Notes under the pieces: model-generated
What the model saw: only the letters and a program-made list of their open reading frames with translations
What the model was told of the DNA's origin: nothing
The model's database searches: none
Source: Eledone cirrhosa
Lineage: Eukaryota
Direction: 5' to 3'
Length of the DNA stretch: 64,000 nucleotides
Assembly (NCBI GenBank): GCA_964016885.1
Contig: OZ024746.1
Coordinates: forward strand, 20,522,001-20,586,000
Program-made: the position numbers and the translations under genes
Part shown: positions 28,234-41,912 of the stretch, in pieces
Position numbering within the stretch: position 1 is the first letter of the stretch
Layout of the letters: every line of letters starts with the position of its first letter

Positions 28234-30554
28234 GTCATACAGTGGGAATTTTATAATAAATTTCTAGTTAAAGAATACCTCCCATATCTCTATATTCGTA
28301 GTAAATATTAATATATATCGCTCTCTGCCGGATTTCGAGTGATGGATTTTAAAAGAAGCTATAATTTTTCTGTTTCTATCTAATCTTGCTAATTTGCTTA
28401 ATTTCTAGTTGAGAATATTATAACCATAACTTATTAGTGGAACAACTTCAGTACCGATACCTACACCCTTATCTCTGACAATTAACTAGCTGTTTTTAAA
28501 ATATTAATCCAATGCATCATTTAATCTATTTAGCTCATTAATTCCTAAGTATTTCTTCTTCTTCTTCTTCTTCTTCTTCTTCTTCTTCTTCTTCTTCTTC
28601 TTCTTCTTCTCCCCCCCACCCCCGCGTATATACATAAATATACATATTTACGCACGCGCACAAATATAAACATGATTAAAATATGTGGTAAAAGAAATGA
28701 ACTAAAAATGAAGACAAGGCGTATAGTTGTATATTTAAATAGTCTTCATAATACCATTCTGTACCACACACACACACACACACAACTATTCTTAGAATAT
28801 TATGTTTATGATCAAGACCCCGTTCTAGCTCTATTCTTAAAAAGTAGCAGGAACTACGTTTGAAGTGGGGCTCCGCTCGAAGAAGGGACCTTATTCGGAG
28901 GGGGAGGGGCTTGTTTGACGAGGCCCCAAGAGTATTCGTCCCATTCACCCCCGATAAATCCGGCCCTGTTCAGAGGTCAGACAAAACGTTATACGTACCT
29001 GAATAACTGCCGTTTGTAATTAGTTAAAACCAGGTCTGCCCTTTTAAGAATGACACTGTATGGTGACATAATATGTCAGCTTATCTTACAAGCTGGTATG
29101 ATCATTTCTATATTGCATGTAGCATATATTTTTTCATATAACAACAATATGCAAGTTATTTTGCCAGGTCTTCAACTCTCAGCCTAAACTCGACTATCTT
29201 GCGAGATTTATATTTCTGTATGAATAAAGGTTTATTGTATTTTGATGACTCATTCATACTTTTCTTGTGAATCAATAGTTATTTTCGTAATATTGGCAAA
29301 ACATTTGCTAGTGAATCACTAGTTTAAATGCTTATGGAATCCACACCATAAGGAAAGTAGTGCATATTAAATTGCACTCTTCATATAAACACAATTGGAT
29401 AGAAGCACAAAAATAGAACCATGTTTCTACAAGCACTTATCGAGATAACATCCAATAATAATAAAAATGAAACAGATACACAACCTCTCTTATCTCTCAG
29501 TTTAATGCATAGAAAAAGAGAAACTTCAGAAAGATAATTGTTTCATCAATATTTAACATGCAAATTTCTTTTAACGAACTTTGGTAACATTAATTTTATT
29601 CTTTTATGAATAAAATTTAAGCAAATATGATTACATTTGATCTTTTCTTAAGAATCTCAATGCATATTTGCTGTGAGGAAAAGCAAGTACTAAAACTAAA
29701 TCGGGAAATCGGTAAAAAGGTCGAAATTTTAAAACTAAACAAAATCTACGTGAAAATTTTGATTAAAATAGCTGCTTTTCCTGAATACATAAGTGTCTTA
29801 ACAAATAAATAATAAATAGATAATTAAATAAATACTTTCGTAGAAGTTCAAAGAAAAAAAATCTGTTAATAAACAATTTCTTAGATTGCCACAAGTCGAT
29901 TGAACTGTTCATAGTGCATTACTAGTAATAATAGTCATCAATAATGGAGGAATATAAAGTAGACCACATCTGCATATAAATCTAAACGTTGAGATTGTTA
30001 CAGAAGCTAGGAATCAATTATAGACCATCTCTTTATAGGATTTATTTAGAAGGGATGTTTTCCAGTGCACAGGAAGCCAAATCTCATTCCCTAGCAGAAG
30101 CGACGATTTTATTCTGGTGCCATCCTATTGTGACCAAAGATTGGTGAAAGTCGTGGTGTCCCTGGTGCCGTCTGTGATAGCCGTTCCTTGCTAGAAAATA
30201 AGCACTTTTCAGGTTTCACTTGAAGAGGAAAATCAGAGCGGAGAGTGGAAAACATGGCTCGAGTGAATGGGTCTGCTATGAATATGCACCTGCAGATTAG
30301 AGGAGAATAACTGGAAAGGGACAATTGCCCTAGTGGTTAGGGGGACCAAATATTTTTTGCTTACTGTTGTCTTACTTTTTATACGAAAAATACATTTTGT
30401 ATCCCCCTGTGCCGTCTTTAATGTTTTCTTGATGTCAACCCTGTATTGCTAATAAAGAAACTCTTATAAATTTGATATCTCAATCATTAATGCTCATTTA
30501 ATCAGAAAATTTACCCAAATGAACAGAAGCAGCTACCTGCAATCTCAGATATTC

Positions 30555-31200
30555 AGGACGTATCAGAGGGTCTTTGCTGTTCCCAGTAGGCATAACTTTT
30601 GAAGTGTCCCAAAAGAGGGTGCTGGGATAATGTTCTTTAACCAGCCTTGGAAACTGTTCGAGATAGTACTTAGTGCTCCTATGAGCATTGGGTACTATCT
30701 CGATCTTTATACTTACTGAGCTTTCCGAACTGTTTCGAGGAGATGTTACGATCTGATGGAATGCTCATGTCAATTAAGAAACATATTTTCTTATATGGTC
30801 CTTCACAATTATATCAGGTCTGTTGGCCTTGATTGTTCTGTCAGTATTCACAGGGAAATCTGATAGGATTGTCACGTTCTCACCTCCTGTTACTCTGGGT
30901 GATAGTTGTACATTTTCCCTCCGTTTTCAGATCATAAAACATGCACATTATCCAGTGTAAGTATTGCTCCACCCTATCATGCCTCGTTTTATATGGGTGA
31001 GTGTTTGATCTATAACAGGTTCTTTGCTACGGAGAACATATTGCCCATGCAGTGGCTTTTGCTCCCATTTACTGCACAATCTCTGTTGGCCTTCATATTT
31101 TGCCAACACTTTGATATTCTTTACGACTTCAATTGCAGAATCGCCATTATTTTCAAAATATATTCCCAATTTTTCCATAAATGTCCTACTTTCCTTTGTA
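30555..31200 (-). mobile_element. Decayed 3' fragment of an R4/Dong-like RLE LINE
   Basis: Peptides KWEQKPLHGQY, TDRTIKANRPDIIV, LIDMSIP, IGAL, LQKLCLLGTAK on the minus strand. Confidence 0.75.
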
Positions 31201-31201
31201 G

Positions 31202-31420
31202 GGTGGTGGATCAACAGTATCGTTAGAGCGTCGGAAAACATGCTTCGCGGCATAGAACGTAAAGGGACGTAACCCTGAGTTCAAATCCCGCCGAGGTTAG
31301 CTTTGCCTTTCATCCTTACGGGGTCGATAAAATAAAATACCAGGAACGCACTGAGTTCGATTTAATCGACTTTTCCCTCGCCCCAAATTGCTGGCCTTGT
31401 GCTTATATAAGAAGCCATTA
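31202..31420 (+). mobile_element. SINE, third tail variant
   Basis: Same head and central domain, then gagttcgatttaatcgac...aaattgctggccttgtg. Confidence 0.82.
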
Positions 31421-31932
31421 TCATTATTATAAATAAAATAATGAAGAAAAGAAAAATACTATCCCCAAAACCAAACAACACAAATAAAGTATTTCTGAAG
31501 TTTTATATATATAACTAATATTCCTGTAAGTATATTGAAACATGAAGACTGTGCAATGGCGATTGTATGTAATTCTAGACACTACGTATGGACACTATAC
31601 TAAGTGTAAACATTTAGACAATATATCTATTTTATTTGAGAACATAAGAACTTGCTGTACACAAAGTACACAAACCGCAGAAATTCGAAAAATAAAAAAT
31701 ACGTATAAAATATATAAAAAACTACTTCAATACAGAATAAAAGGAAAGCATCCGGAGTGAAACTATGTATAACAGGAATCATATGATCGTGGAAGGATAG
31801 GAAATTGCGTTTTTATCTAAAACAACGATTAATAAAGGATTTAAAATTGACACAGTTTATTTATATCTCTATTTTTTTGTATGTAAATGTTTATATTCAT
31901 AAATACTTGTTGCACACAGAGAGAGAGAGAGA

Positions 31933-31990
<58 letters not shown>

Positions 31991-32108
31991 CCCTGACGTC
32001 ATTCGTTTACAGAGTGGAGTGGACCTCCTTGTTCTATCGGACCAAAGAAACAATGTTTCCATTGCTGATACGGTCTATCGGTCATAACCCCTGACAGAGA
32101 TTGATTGA

Positions 32109-32197
<89 letters not shown>

Positions 32198-32199
32198 CT

Positions 32200-32388
32200 T
32201 CATCCTCATCATTTTATGTTCGCTTTTCCCTGCTTGCAAGGGTTGGACGGGTCCTATTCAGCACAGCATCTCTCCACTTGTCACGGTCCTTCGTCATCTC
32301 CTCGGTGAGTTTCAGCGATCTGAGGTCTGCTTTCACTACCTCCGCCCATGTTTTTCGTGGCCTACCTCTACTGCGTCTTCCTTCTACT

Positions 32389-32391
<3 letters not shown>
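32200..32391 (-). mobile_element. 3' end of an RTE-type LINE
   Basis: VEGRRSRGRPRKTW.E.VK.DL...DRDKWR, then a short repeat tail. Confidence 0.8.
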
Positions 32392-32445
<54 letters not shown>

Positions 32446-32544
32446 ATATATATATATAAGAAGCAAAGAAAATTTCCATGATACGTAAGGTGTACTCTGG
32501 GTTGGTATCCAGTTTCGGGGTGAAAATCCAATTAGAAAATCCTA

Positions 32545-32639
<95 letters not shown>

Positions 32640-32723
32640 AGTTTATCCCGTGTTCAATCGGGGGTAACTACAGTAAGTAAGGTACTCAATACATAGCAGA
32701 GTATAAATATTTAATATAGAAAT

Positions 32724-32774
32724 GGCTTCTACAGGACTAGAACTGTTTCATTCGGGAAAAATCATCAGGAAGCC
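32724..32774 (-). ncRNA. Type-I hammerhead ribozyme motif with an adjacent inverted partial copy (32774-32811)
   Basis: ggcttc-CTGATGA-tttttcccgaat-GAAA-cag-ttctagtc-ctg-TA-gaagcc; 6-bp stem I, stem II weak. Confidence 0.65.
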
Positions 32775-32808
32775 CTGATGATTTCTCACGAATGAAGCAG
32801 TTCTAGTC

Positions 32809-32879
<71 letters not shown>

Positions 32880-33320
32880 TAAGACAAGCGGAAAGGAAGA
32901 AAAACGGGGATCAATCAGAGTGGATGAACCGTCATCTAGAATGTGATATAAAAATGTCGCAGAATATTATCAGAAGTGTATGCTGGTATAGCGAGAGAAG
33001 AGGTCTACAGAATCTATAAATAAATACAAATTTATGATATCAAGAAGTAAAGAATTTTCAAGTGTAATGGAAGAAACCAAACAGTATCTAAGGCGAATGA
33101 CACGTTTATACAACTCAGTCTAAATTGCTTTATTCAAACAGAAACTATCCTTTAAGATACGACAGTAAGAGACAATTTATAGACAGGCTTGTGAGACAAA
33201 TCATTCAGACGATAACTATGAAGAACTACTGCACACTATAAAAATAATAATGTATATCGATATATCGATGAAAGAACCAACGACCAACAACTGCCGTTTA
33301 TCAAAAATGGAACACAGTGG

Positions 33321-33480
33321 ACATCCAATCCAATCAAATCAATTTAATCCATGGCCTTCTCACTCCTGTTGAAGGAACCCCTCACTGGTTGGCCTCCACC
33401 ACTTACTGTTTGGTTTTGTTTGTGTCAGGGGTATAACTGTATTCACCACGTTTGGCAAGGAGGCAATTTAACCCATAGTT

Positions 33481-33529
<49 letters not shown>

Positions 33530-33705
33530 TATATTTACATGTCCAATCCAATCCAGGGTCTTTTTACTCCTGGCGGAGGAACCCCCCCCCCCGTTGATTA
33601 ACTTCCACCTCTTACTGTTTGGTTTTGGTCATATAAAGGGGTGTAGCTGTACTCACCATGCTTGGCCAATTGCGGGTTAGTGAGGTTATTTAACCCTTAG
33701 TTGTG
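33321..33705. repeat. Two diverged direct copies (~160 bp) separated by (TA)n
   Basis: tccaatccaatc...actcctg..gaaccc...cttactgtttggttttg...atttaaccc.tagttg occurs twice. Confidence 0.7.
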
Positions 33706-34147
33706 GAAGATAGCCTTTGTATCTGAGGAGTTCATCTGCTCTTTTAACAGACCTTTGTTTTTTTTTTGTGCTGCTGGGGTTCCACTTACTCTCCTCACCG
33801 GATCATGGTTTGGCGAGGGAGGCGGTTTTTCGTCGCCGACCACTCGACCAGGAAGCAGGTTTTACTGGGTTACACGGTGCCAGTAACAGGCAGAAGCCTG
33901 ACTTGACTGTGAACATAAACACACAAACTTTAGCAATGCTAACCTTTCCCTGTCTAAACCATCATATTACGGTGAAAGCTGAAGGCCTAAAAAGCAGTTT
34001 TGATTTGTAATGAATGAGTGTGGTCAACATAATCGTTCATCTAAAATACTACCAATCCATCGTCGTTGATATATATATATATATATATACATACATACAC
34101 ACATATATATATATATATAAAATTAGAATTGGTGCTCTGAAATAGCG

Positions 34148-34456
34148 ATATATATATGAATGTATATATAGTGTATTTTGCAATACACTGTATGCTTAAT
34201 TAAAAGCATTTCAAAGACCTTACGCTGTTGTTTTAGAGTAGTGACAGTCTCACTTACTTTAAATTTTCATCAAACAGAGGAGATAAAGCCGACAGAGCTC
34301 TGTTTCGTACTTTTTGGTACTTATCAAAGCTAAGTACTCCAATAGTGTAAGTGAGACTCTCACTACTCTAAAACAATAGCGTAAGGTTTTCGAAATGCTT
34401 TTAATTAAGCATACAGTGTATTGCAAAATACACTGTATATACATTCATATATATAT
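34148..34456. repeat. Inverted repeat (~110-bp arms, ~90-bp spacer)
   Basis: 34148-34257 versus 34347-34456. Confidence 0.93.
34287..34331 (-). ncRNA. Minimal hammerhead motif with U3/A8 variant core, in the inverted-repeat spacer
   Basis: agct-TTGATAA-gtac-caaaaa-gtac-GAAA-cag-agct-ctg-TC-ggct; all three stems form, GUC cleavage triplet, palindromic stem III. Confidence 0.7.
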
Positions 34457-34670
34457 ATATATTTAATTCTCTTTATTTATTGTTGTTGTTCTTTGCATTT
34501 TTATCTTTAATTTTTTTGTTTTTCTTCTTGTTTTAAATTCTCAATTAATTGAAATTTCCCGTAGCTTTATCAAGACACTTACAAACCAATACATTATTCC
34601 TTACTCCCTGCCGCTACATCGTACAGTAGTGTGTATGGCAGAGTTATTTGTCTGTCTTTTATGTGGTGGT

Positions 34671-34671
<1 letters not shown>

Positions 34672-34706
<35 letters not shown>

Positions 34707-35227
34707 AGAGAGAGGGAGTGAGAGGAAGAGGAGATGAGGTATTTAGAAATATTATTATGAAGTGAATGAAAATAAAATAATGAATGTATAGAAAGAAAGA
34801 GAAAACAACATAAAGATAATGACAAATGGGAAAAGGAAAGTGAGAGAGAAGCAAGAGAACAAGAGAGTGAGAGAAAGAAAGAGGAGAAAGGGAAGAGGGA
34901 GAGAAAGGGAAGAGGGAGAGAAAGAAGCGAGTAAACAAAGGAGAGAGAAAGAGTAAAGTGGGAGAAAAAGAAAGTAAGAAAAGAGGAAGAGTGTGATAAG
35001 AGCGAGAAGAGAAATAGATAGAAGAGAGTGAGAGAGGGCGAGAGAGCGAGAGAGCGAGAGAGCAAGAGAGAGAGAGGTCGTACATTGAGATTAAGAGAAA
35101 TGAGAGTGTGTGGGATAGATGAGGAGGTGGGTTGGAGATAAATGTAAATCTCAGATGGGAAGAAATTACCAAATAAGAGGTACCCTCCAAAAAAGGAATA
35201 AGAGAGATAGATAGAGAATTAGAGATG

Positions 35228-35259
<32 letters not shown>

Positions 35260-35377
35260 GGGGAAAGAGAGAGGCGAGAGAAGTAGTATTAAAGACAAAA
35301 GAAAAGAAAAAGGTGTTTAAACTGAGAGGAGAGTGAGTAAGGTAGAAAGTTGAAATGTAAAGGAAAAATAAGACAAC

Positions 35378-35467
<90 letters not shown>

Positions 35468-35560
35468 GGTATACATAAATATTATAATGAAGTGAATGAA
35501 AAGAAAATAATAAATGTATAGAAAGAAAGAGAAAACGACATAAAGATAATGACAAATAGA
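34672..35560. repeat. GA-rich polypurine tract bounded by ~100-bp direct repeats
   Basis: 34731-34830 resembles 35461-35560; each follows (GA)n. Confidence 0.8.
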
Positions 35561-36041
35561 GAAATTGGCTGATGAAAAGAGAAAATGTGAAAGAGAATTA
35601 CAAAAATGGACGAAGGGAACAGAAAATGCATTTAAAATTCATAGATTTTTAGGCGAAGAATAGAGAGTTTAACTTTCGTTATTTGATATCAGTATATTAT
35701 TATAAATGATATGGCAAAGCTGTAAGAATGACTTGAGTCAGCCAAAATGGCTGCACACGCAAAGAAAAATGTATTTTGCACACCAATAAATGAGTTGATG
35801 ATTACAGAAAAAAAAAACATAATCTATCAACCATATAAAATGTTATATATAAATAAAAATTCAACAAATTCAGAATTCAACAAAGACAGAAACATTTTTG
35901 AAACATGCAACCTCCTCACCCGATAAAACATGAAATAAAACAAAGACAAAATGTAACAAGGATTGCAAGAGAAAAAATCTAAGGAAGATTTACATTGATG
36001 AATAATTTTACATTGAACTCCGAACTCTGTATCATTATTAT

Positions 36042-36234
36042 TGGCAGTGAATTGGCAGTATCGGTAGAGGGTTGGACGCCATGCTTTGATGCATAGAGTT
36101 ACGGCCCTTGCCATTCTGAGTTCAAATCCCGCCGAGGTTGACTTTGCCTTTCATCCTTACGGGGTCGATAAAATAAAGTACCAGTAATGCACTGATTAAT
36201 TGCTGGCCTTGTGCCTAAAAGTAGAAACAATTAT
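36042..36234 (+). mobile_element. Full-length short-tail SINE
   Basis: Consensus match. Confidence 0.9.
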
Positions 36235-36519
36235 TAATTATACACAGTAAAAAAATGGTCGATTTATATTTATCCCTTGTGTTTAAAAACACATTATCTT
36301 TCTCTTTCTCTCTCTTTCCACCTTCTCACGAGAATCACTAACATTTCCCTCCTTTCCCATCTGCACCATTGACCGTAACATTTCCTCAGCTCATTTCATT
36401 ATCTTCTTCACTTGCACGCCGAACCTCTTTCATTCATCATCCTAACTGCAGACTCTTCCACTTTACTACTCAAACTAAGAATCTTAAATTCCCCTCACCC
36501 TTCCACTCACCCACCAACA

Positions 36520-36885
36520 ACATGTGTCTAACATTATGTGCAAGCGTCGACTTGGCATCAAATGGGATGAATTCATCACTAACAAAGAAGTCTGTCAACG
36601 AACCCACCACCAACGTGTGTCTAACCCATCATCAACATGTGCAAGCATCACGGCACACGGCTCCCAAGTGAGAGACATGCTAATCAGATCTTGTATTGGT
36701 ACCCCATGGAAAGGGGTGAAGAGGACGTCGCAAGATGGACTAAAAGCAGACAATCGACAGAGACTTGAAACCCGTCAACAAAAGTTGGAACGATGTATTT
36801 GATAGATGAAACTGACTGTGGTCATTGGAGAACTTTGGCTTTCTATGTGTCTCAAGACACGGGAGCTTCTAAGTCTAAGTAAGTC
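36520..36885 (+). mobile_element. Decayed RTE-like 3' fragment (related piece at ~54825-54990)
   Basis: RRLGIKWDEFITNKEV; shared gtgaagaggacgtc..aagatg...cgtcaacaaaagttggaacgatgtatt...tctaagtaa. Confidence 0.6.
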
Positions 36886-37029
36886 TCGATCACATTCTCC
36901 TACCGCCACCACATCCATTCCTCTACACACCTCATCTTCATTCATCCCATCCAACTCCACTACAAACAAACACACCTACAGGCGTGAATAGTTTCCATAC
37001 ACACACATATATATGCTACCTTCACTCGT

Positions 37030-37515
37030 TTCAGGAAGGTAGGTGTAAAAGACAAAACCGCTATCTTCAATTCGTTATTCCTGCCAACCCTTACCTATGG
37101 TCATGAATCTTGGGTCATGACTGAAAGAATGCGATCGTGAATACCAGCGGCCGAAGTGAAGTTCGTCTAAAGGATCTTTGGAGTAACGTTACTTGATAGA
37201 GTACTTAGGTAGACCCGATAATTCTCTGAATTGGGAGATCACAGTTCCAATATAACGGACATATGGTTAGAATGTCTCATTAAAACATCACTGGACAGAT
37301 TTTTACGTGCAAAATCAACTGACAGGAGATCCAGGCGCTGATCCTGAGCAAGATGGTTCGATAACATATCCATGAGCTCCGCTGGTCTCGCTTGGAGATC
37401 CAACAAGATCAATTGGAGAGGGTTGCTTCTGACAGGATCCGCTGGAAGGAGTGTTTGAGGACCCTGACCCCCACGACCCTCTCAAGAATAAGTGGGCAAA
37501 GAAGGCAGAAGATGA
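37030..37515 (+). mobile_element. Decayed RTE (Expander/Rex3-like) 3' fragment (related piece on minus strand ~55647-55845)
   Basis: LPTLTYGHESWVMTERMRS..AAEVKF...GVTLLDRV...SDRIRW. Confidence 0.75.
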
Positions 37516-38446
37516 AGAAAGTAAGAAAAAAAAGAAAAAGAAAAAAAAAAGAAAAAAAGAAAAAAAGAAAAAAAGAAAAAAAGAAAAAAAGAAAAAAAGA
37601 AAAAAAGAAAAAAAGAAAAAAAAAGGAAAAATTCTTTTTACAAAAAATTTAATCCATTATGAGGTCGATAAAATAAAGTACCAGTAATGCGCTGGGATAA
37701 TTGCTGGCCTTGTGCCAAAAGTAGAAACAATTATTTAAAAGATAGAAATCGAAGAAATTTTCTGAAAACAATTACCTTGGCAGAGTGGGTAGATATTTAC
37801 ACAAGTTTGGTTTTATTTTACATTTTATGAGCAAAATGTCCTTCTTTTTGGGCTTCTTTCTAACATAATCCAGGATAATTTGAAAAGTTTGTGATATATT
37901 TTAAGACAAATTAGTGGTAGTCAGCGAAATTCCGTAGGTATATGTAAAATGGACATATATATATTTTACTTCTGTCATTTCATATTTTGATGTTACATAT
38001 CCAAAATGTAGAGAATTTATGTCGTTGTATATCTTAAATTATTTTAGGCACGCACACATGTTCACACATACAGACGTACACACAAATACAAGCACACACA
38101 AACACACATATTACTTCGTCTATACTGTGTTTGACAATTTTGTGACTATTAATATTATATGAATATATATACATATATATATAATAATAATATATATATG
38201 AATATATATATAATAATAATATATATATGAATATATATATAATAATAATATATATATGAATATATATATAATAATAATAATATATATATGAATATATATA
38301 TAATAATAATATATATATGAATATATATATAATAATATATATATATATGAATATATATATAATAGTATATATATATATGAATATATATATAATAATATAT
38401 ATATATATATATATATAATAATAATATATATATATATATATATAAT

Positions 38447-38498
<52 letters not shown>

Positions 38499-38601
38499 AT
38501 AATATATATATATATATATAATAGTAATATATATATATATATATAATAATAATAATATATATATATATATATATATAATAATATATATATATATATATAA
38601 T

Positions 38602-38642
<41 letters not shown>

Positions 38643-38997
38643 CATACATGTATACATACATACAGAGATACATACAAGAATGCATACTTAATACATAAAC
38701 ACAGAAACACATATACATACATGCATACATAAATACATATATATACATGCTCACTTATATATGAATATGATTTAAGAGGTCTCCTAGAATCAGCATAATA
38801 CATTATTATTGTAAACTCCAGACGATGTCTGCCTCATGAAAGTAAAGATAAGATAATGACTGAGAAGAATTAAAGAAGAAAACTCGCCAAAATTGTCTAA
38901 AGGAACAGTAGGTATCAGACAGAATATTATTACTGTTGCACAATTTTAATTAATATAAAATATATAAATAAAGAAAAAAATACTTCATCTATAACAC

Positions 38998-39056
<59 letters not shown>

Positions 39057-39223
39057 TATATATATATACCAAATCAAATATAGATGCACACACACACACA
39101 CGCACACACACAAGATCACATATGCATGCAGCGAATATACGAGCACACGGATTTCGTGAATGTACCCACACATATATGAACACAAACAATGTATCATTAC
39201 TGATTTAATAGAGAAGAAACATA

Positions 39224-39266
<43 letters not shown>

Positions 39267-39767
39267 GTAGTAGTATTATATCGTCATTGTTGTCTGTTAG
39301 ATTCGGTGTTAATGTTGTTTTGTTAAAAATATAAATTAATTCATATAGCATTTTGACAAAAAAATCAACAAAAAACCCTTACACGTTAAGAGGAAAAAAA
39401 CCAAAACAAACAACAAAATCAGACCAAACAAACAAATGAACAAATGAACCAACAATACCTTTCAGACGATGTTTTTAAGACTAATTTGCATTGTAGAAAA
39501 TTTACGCAAGAGATAAGAAACAATTGACTTTTTCAAACACATACACATACATATATACACACGTGATTTGTTTGTATGCATCTCTCTCTCCCTATATATA
39601 TATATATATATATATTGTTCGTACTGCTTCTCTGTTTTGTTCCCGTTCATTTTTCACTATATATATATATATATAGTGAAAAATGGAACGGGAACAAAAC
39701 AGAGAGGCAGTACGAACAAAGGTTTATTAGTTTCACGCTCTTGAGAGTGGGGTGGTGGTGGTGGTGG

Positions 39768-39805
39768 GGAACGACGTTTCGGGCATAAGCCCTTCTTCAG
39801 GCGAA
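39768..39805 (-). ncRNA. Minimal hammerhead motif in the Penelope 3' terminus
   Basis: CTGAAGA-A-GGGC-ttat-GCCC-GAAA-CGTC; stem I weak. Confidence 0.72.
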
Positions 39806-40590
39806 AAGTGTGTGGGAAGAGAGTTCCAAGGGTGTGTAGGGGAGTGGGGGAGAGACATTTAGACAAATACAAATAAATATAAAAAAAAATAAATAAAAAT
39901 AAACATGAAGATAAACAAGTGGTGGAAGGGTGTGGGGCGTGTAGGGGTGGTGGCGGGTGGAGTGGGGAGAGGGAGGCGGGGTGTCCGAGCGGGGAGGGTT
40001 GAAGGTGGTGTATGCGTGTGTGTGTATGTGAATGTGAGAGTTGGGGGAAGAACGAGGTTCCATGTTCAGGAAAAGGTGTGTGTGTGTGTATGTGAATGTG
40101 AGAGTTGGGGGAAGAACGAGGTTCCATGTTCAGGAAAAGGTGTGTGTGTGGGGTGGGGTGTAGGTCGGCGTGTGTGTGTGCGTGTGGATGGGGAGGGGTC
40201 AGAGGGAGGGAAGAGGATTCCGGAGGCTGAGTGTGTAAATATGTGGGGGTACGCACGTGTGTGTGGTGTTTATACGTATTGTGGATGTAGGTGGCGTGTG
40301 GGAAACATTTTTTTTTGTGAGTGTATGTCCGTGGGTAAGTTCCTAAGGTAGTTCCGTAGAGTGTATGGTGAAATGCCGGATATTTTCCTTGTGATGGAGT
40401 TGATTGGTGGGAACGATGGCCAATGTGTGTAATCCGTGGTTGGGTTGGTCGGAAGATGGGAGATGTGGGGTGCGCGCGCAACAGGAAGTGGTGTGCGGAG
40501 GTGCGGTGGACAGGGGAGAGGATGGGTAGGTGTGAAAGGTGGAGTGGGGAGGGGCCGTGCGGGTGGAGGGGTGTGTGTATTTATCGAAGG

Positions 40591-41807
40591 CTAAAGGAAT
40601 AGGGGTGGGGAGTTCAGGCCGAGGGGAGTGTGGGTCTGTAGGGTGAAGATGGTGCGTTGTTCGACCCTGAGGAGGGTGGCGGGTCTTCCGTGGCATTGGA
40701 GTAGGCCACAGACTGTGAGGTGGTGCGCGGAATGTCCAGGGGAGCCAAAGTGGCGGGTGATGGGGGAACTCCTGCCGAGACGAATATCCCGGAGGTGTTC
40801 GGTGAAGAGGTCCGCCAGGCGACGTCCAGTCTGTCCGACGTAGGTTGCGCTACACTCCGTGCAGCGAAGTCCATAGACTAGGTTGGAGGAGGTGCAGCGG
40901 AAGGCGTGCCGGACAGAGAGAGAGAGTGGCTGTTGGGACCCTGGAAGGTGGAGGTGTTGGTGATGTGTAGACAGGTGTTGCAACGAGGCCTGGAACAGGG
41001 AAGGGAACCAGGGGGGGGGGGGAGAGCGTGGGTTGTGGGGTAGGGAGCTGCGGACGAGGAGGGTGTGGAGATTGCGTGCGCGTTTGAAGAAGGGGAGTGA
41101 TGGGGATGGGAAGATGTGGGAGATGGAGGGGTCGGACTGGAGGCGTCGGAAGAGGCGGAGGATGGTGCGGTGGAGGGGTAGGGTGGAGGGGTGGTAGGTG
41201 ATGGGGAAGGGGAGACGGTGGGTGGGTGTGCGGTGGCGTGGGTGAGGGTGGGGGAGCGGTGGACAGCACGGGTGCGAGTGAGGGCGGTGTGGACGAGGGA
41301 GGGGGGGGGAAACCTCTGCGGATGAAATGGCTGACTAGGGAAAGGGCCTGGGACTCAAAGTCAGCATCTCGGCTACAGAGGCGGCGGATCCTGAAGAGTT
41401 GGGAGTAGAGAATAGAGTGTTTAATGTGTGTAGGGTGGGAGGAGGTGAAGTCGAGGTAGGAGTGGGAGTCAGTGGGTTTGAAGAAGGCGGAGGTGACGAG
41501 GGAGTGGTGGGAGGGGTCGAAGGCGACGGAGATGTCTAAGAAGTGGACGTGGGTGGTGGAGATAGAGGTGGTGAAGTGGAGGGAGGGGTGGAAGGAGCAG
41601 AAGAAGGAGAGAAAGGAGTCGAGCTGTTCTCGGGTGAGGGTCGTGGCTCCGATACAATCGTCGATGTAACGACCGTACAGTTCGGGCGTGGGGCCGGTGT
41701 ACTGGGCAAAGATTTGGGCCTCAACATGGCCAACGAAAAGGTTGGCATAGTTTGGGCCCATTCTTGTGCCCATGGCTACCCCCGTGACCTGTTGGTAAAA
41801 CTCACCC
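40591..41807 (-). pseudogene. Penelope RT + GIY-YIG endonuclease ORF, partial and frameshifted
   Basis: Track ORFs 40850-41893 (RT part) and 40591-40983 (GIY-YIG); frame changes fall near G-runs (~41325, ~41015) and the (GA)n run (~40920). Confidence 0.88.
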
Positions 41808-41861
41808 ATATATATATATATACACACATATATATATATATCTACACATACAGACACACAG

Positions 41862-41912
<51 letters not shown>

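Larger units (their letters stand above)
39674..41808 (-). mobile_element. 5'-truncated Penelope-like retroelement (Neptune-like), both ends in (TA)n
   Basis: RT (YQQVTGVAMGTRMGPNYANLF, RYIDD, FLDI, KPTD), CSRPRCNTC linker, GIY-YIG (VYGLRC..C...YVGQT.R...EH...H...E..I..L.T..P.GLN), 3' hammerhead motif and AATAAA. Confidence 0.93.

Noticed and set aside
28860-28968. hAT-like end taaatccggccctg
   Set aside because: No matching left terminus found.
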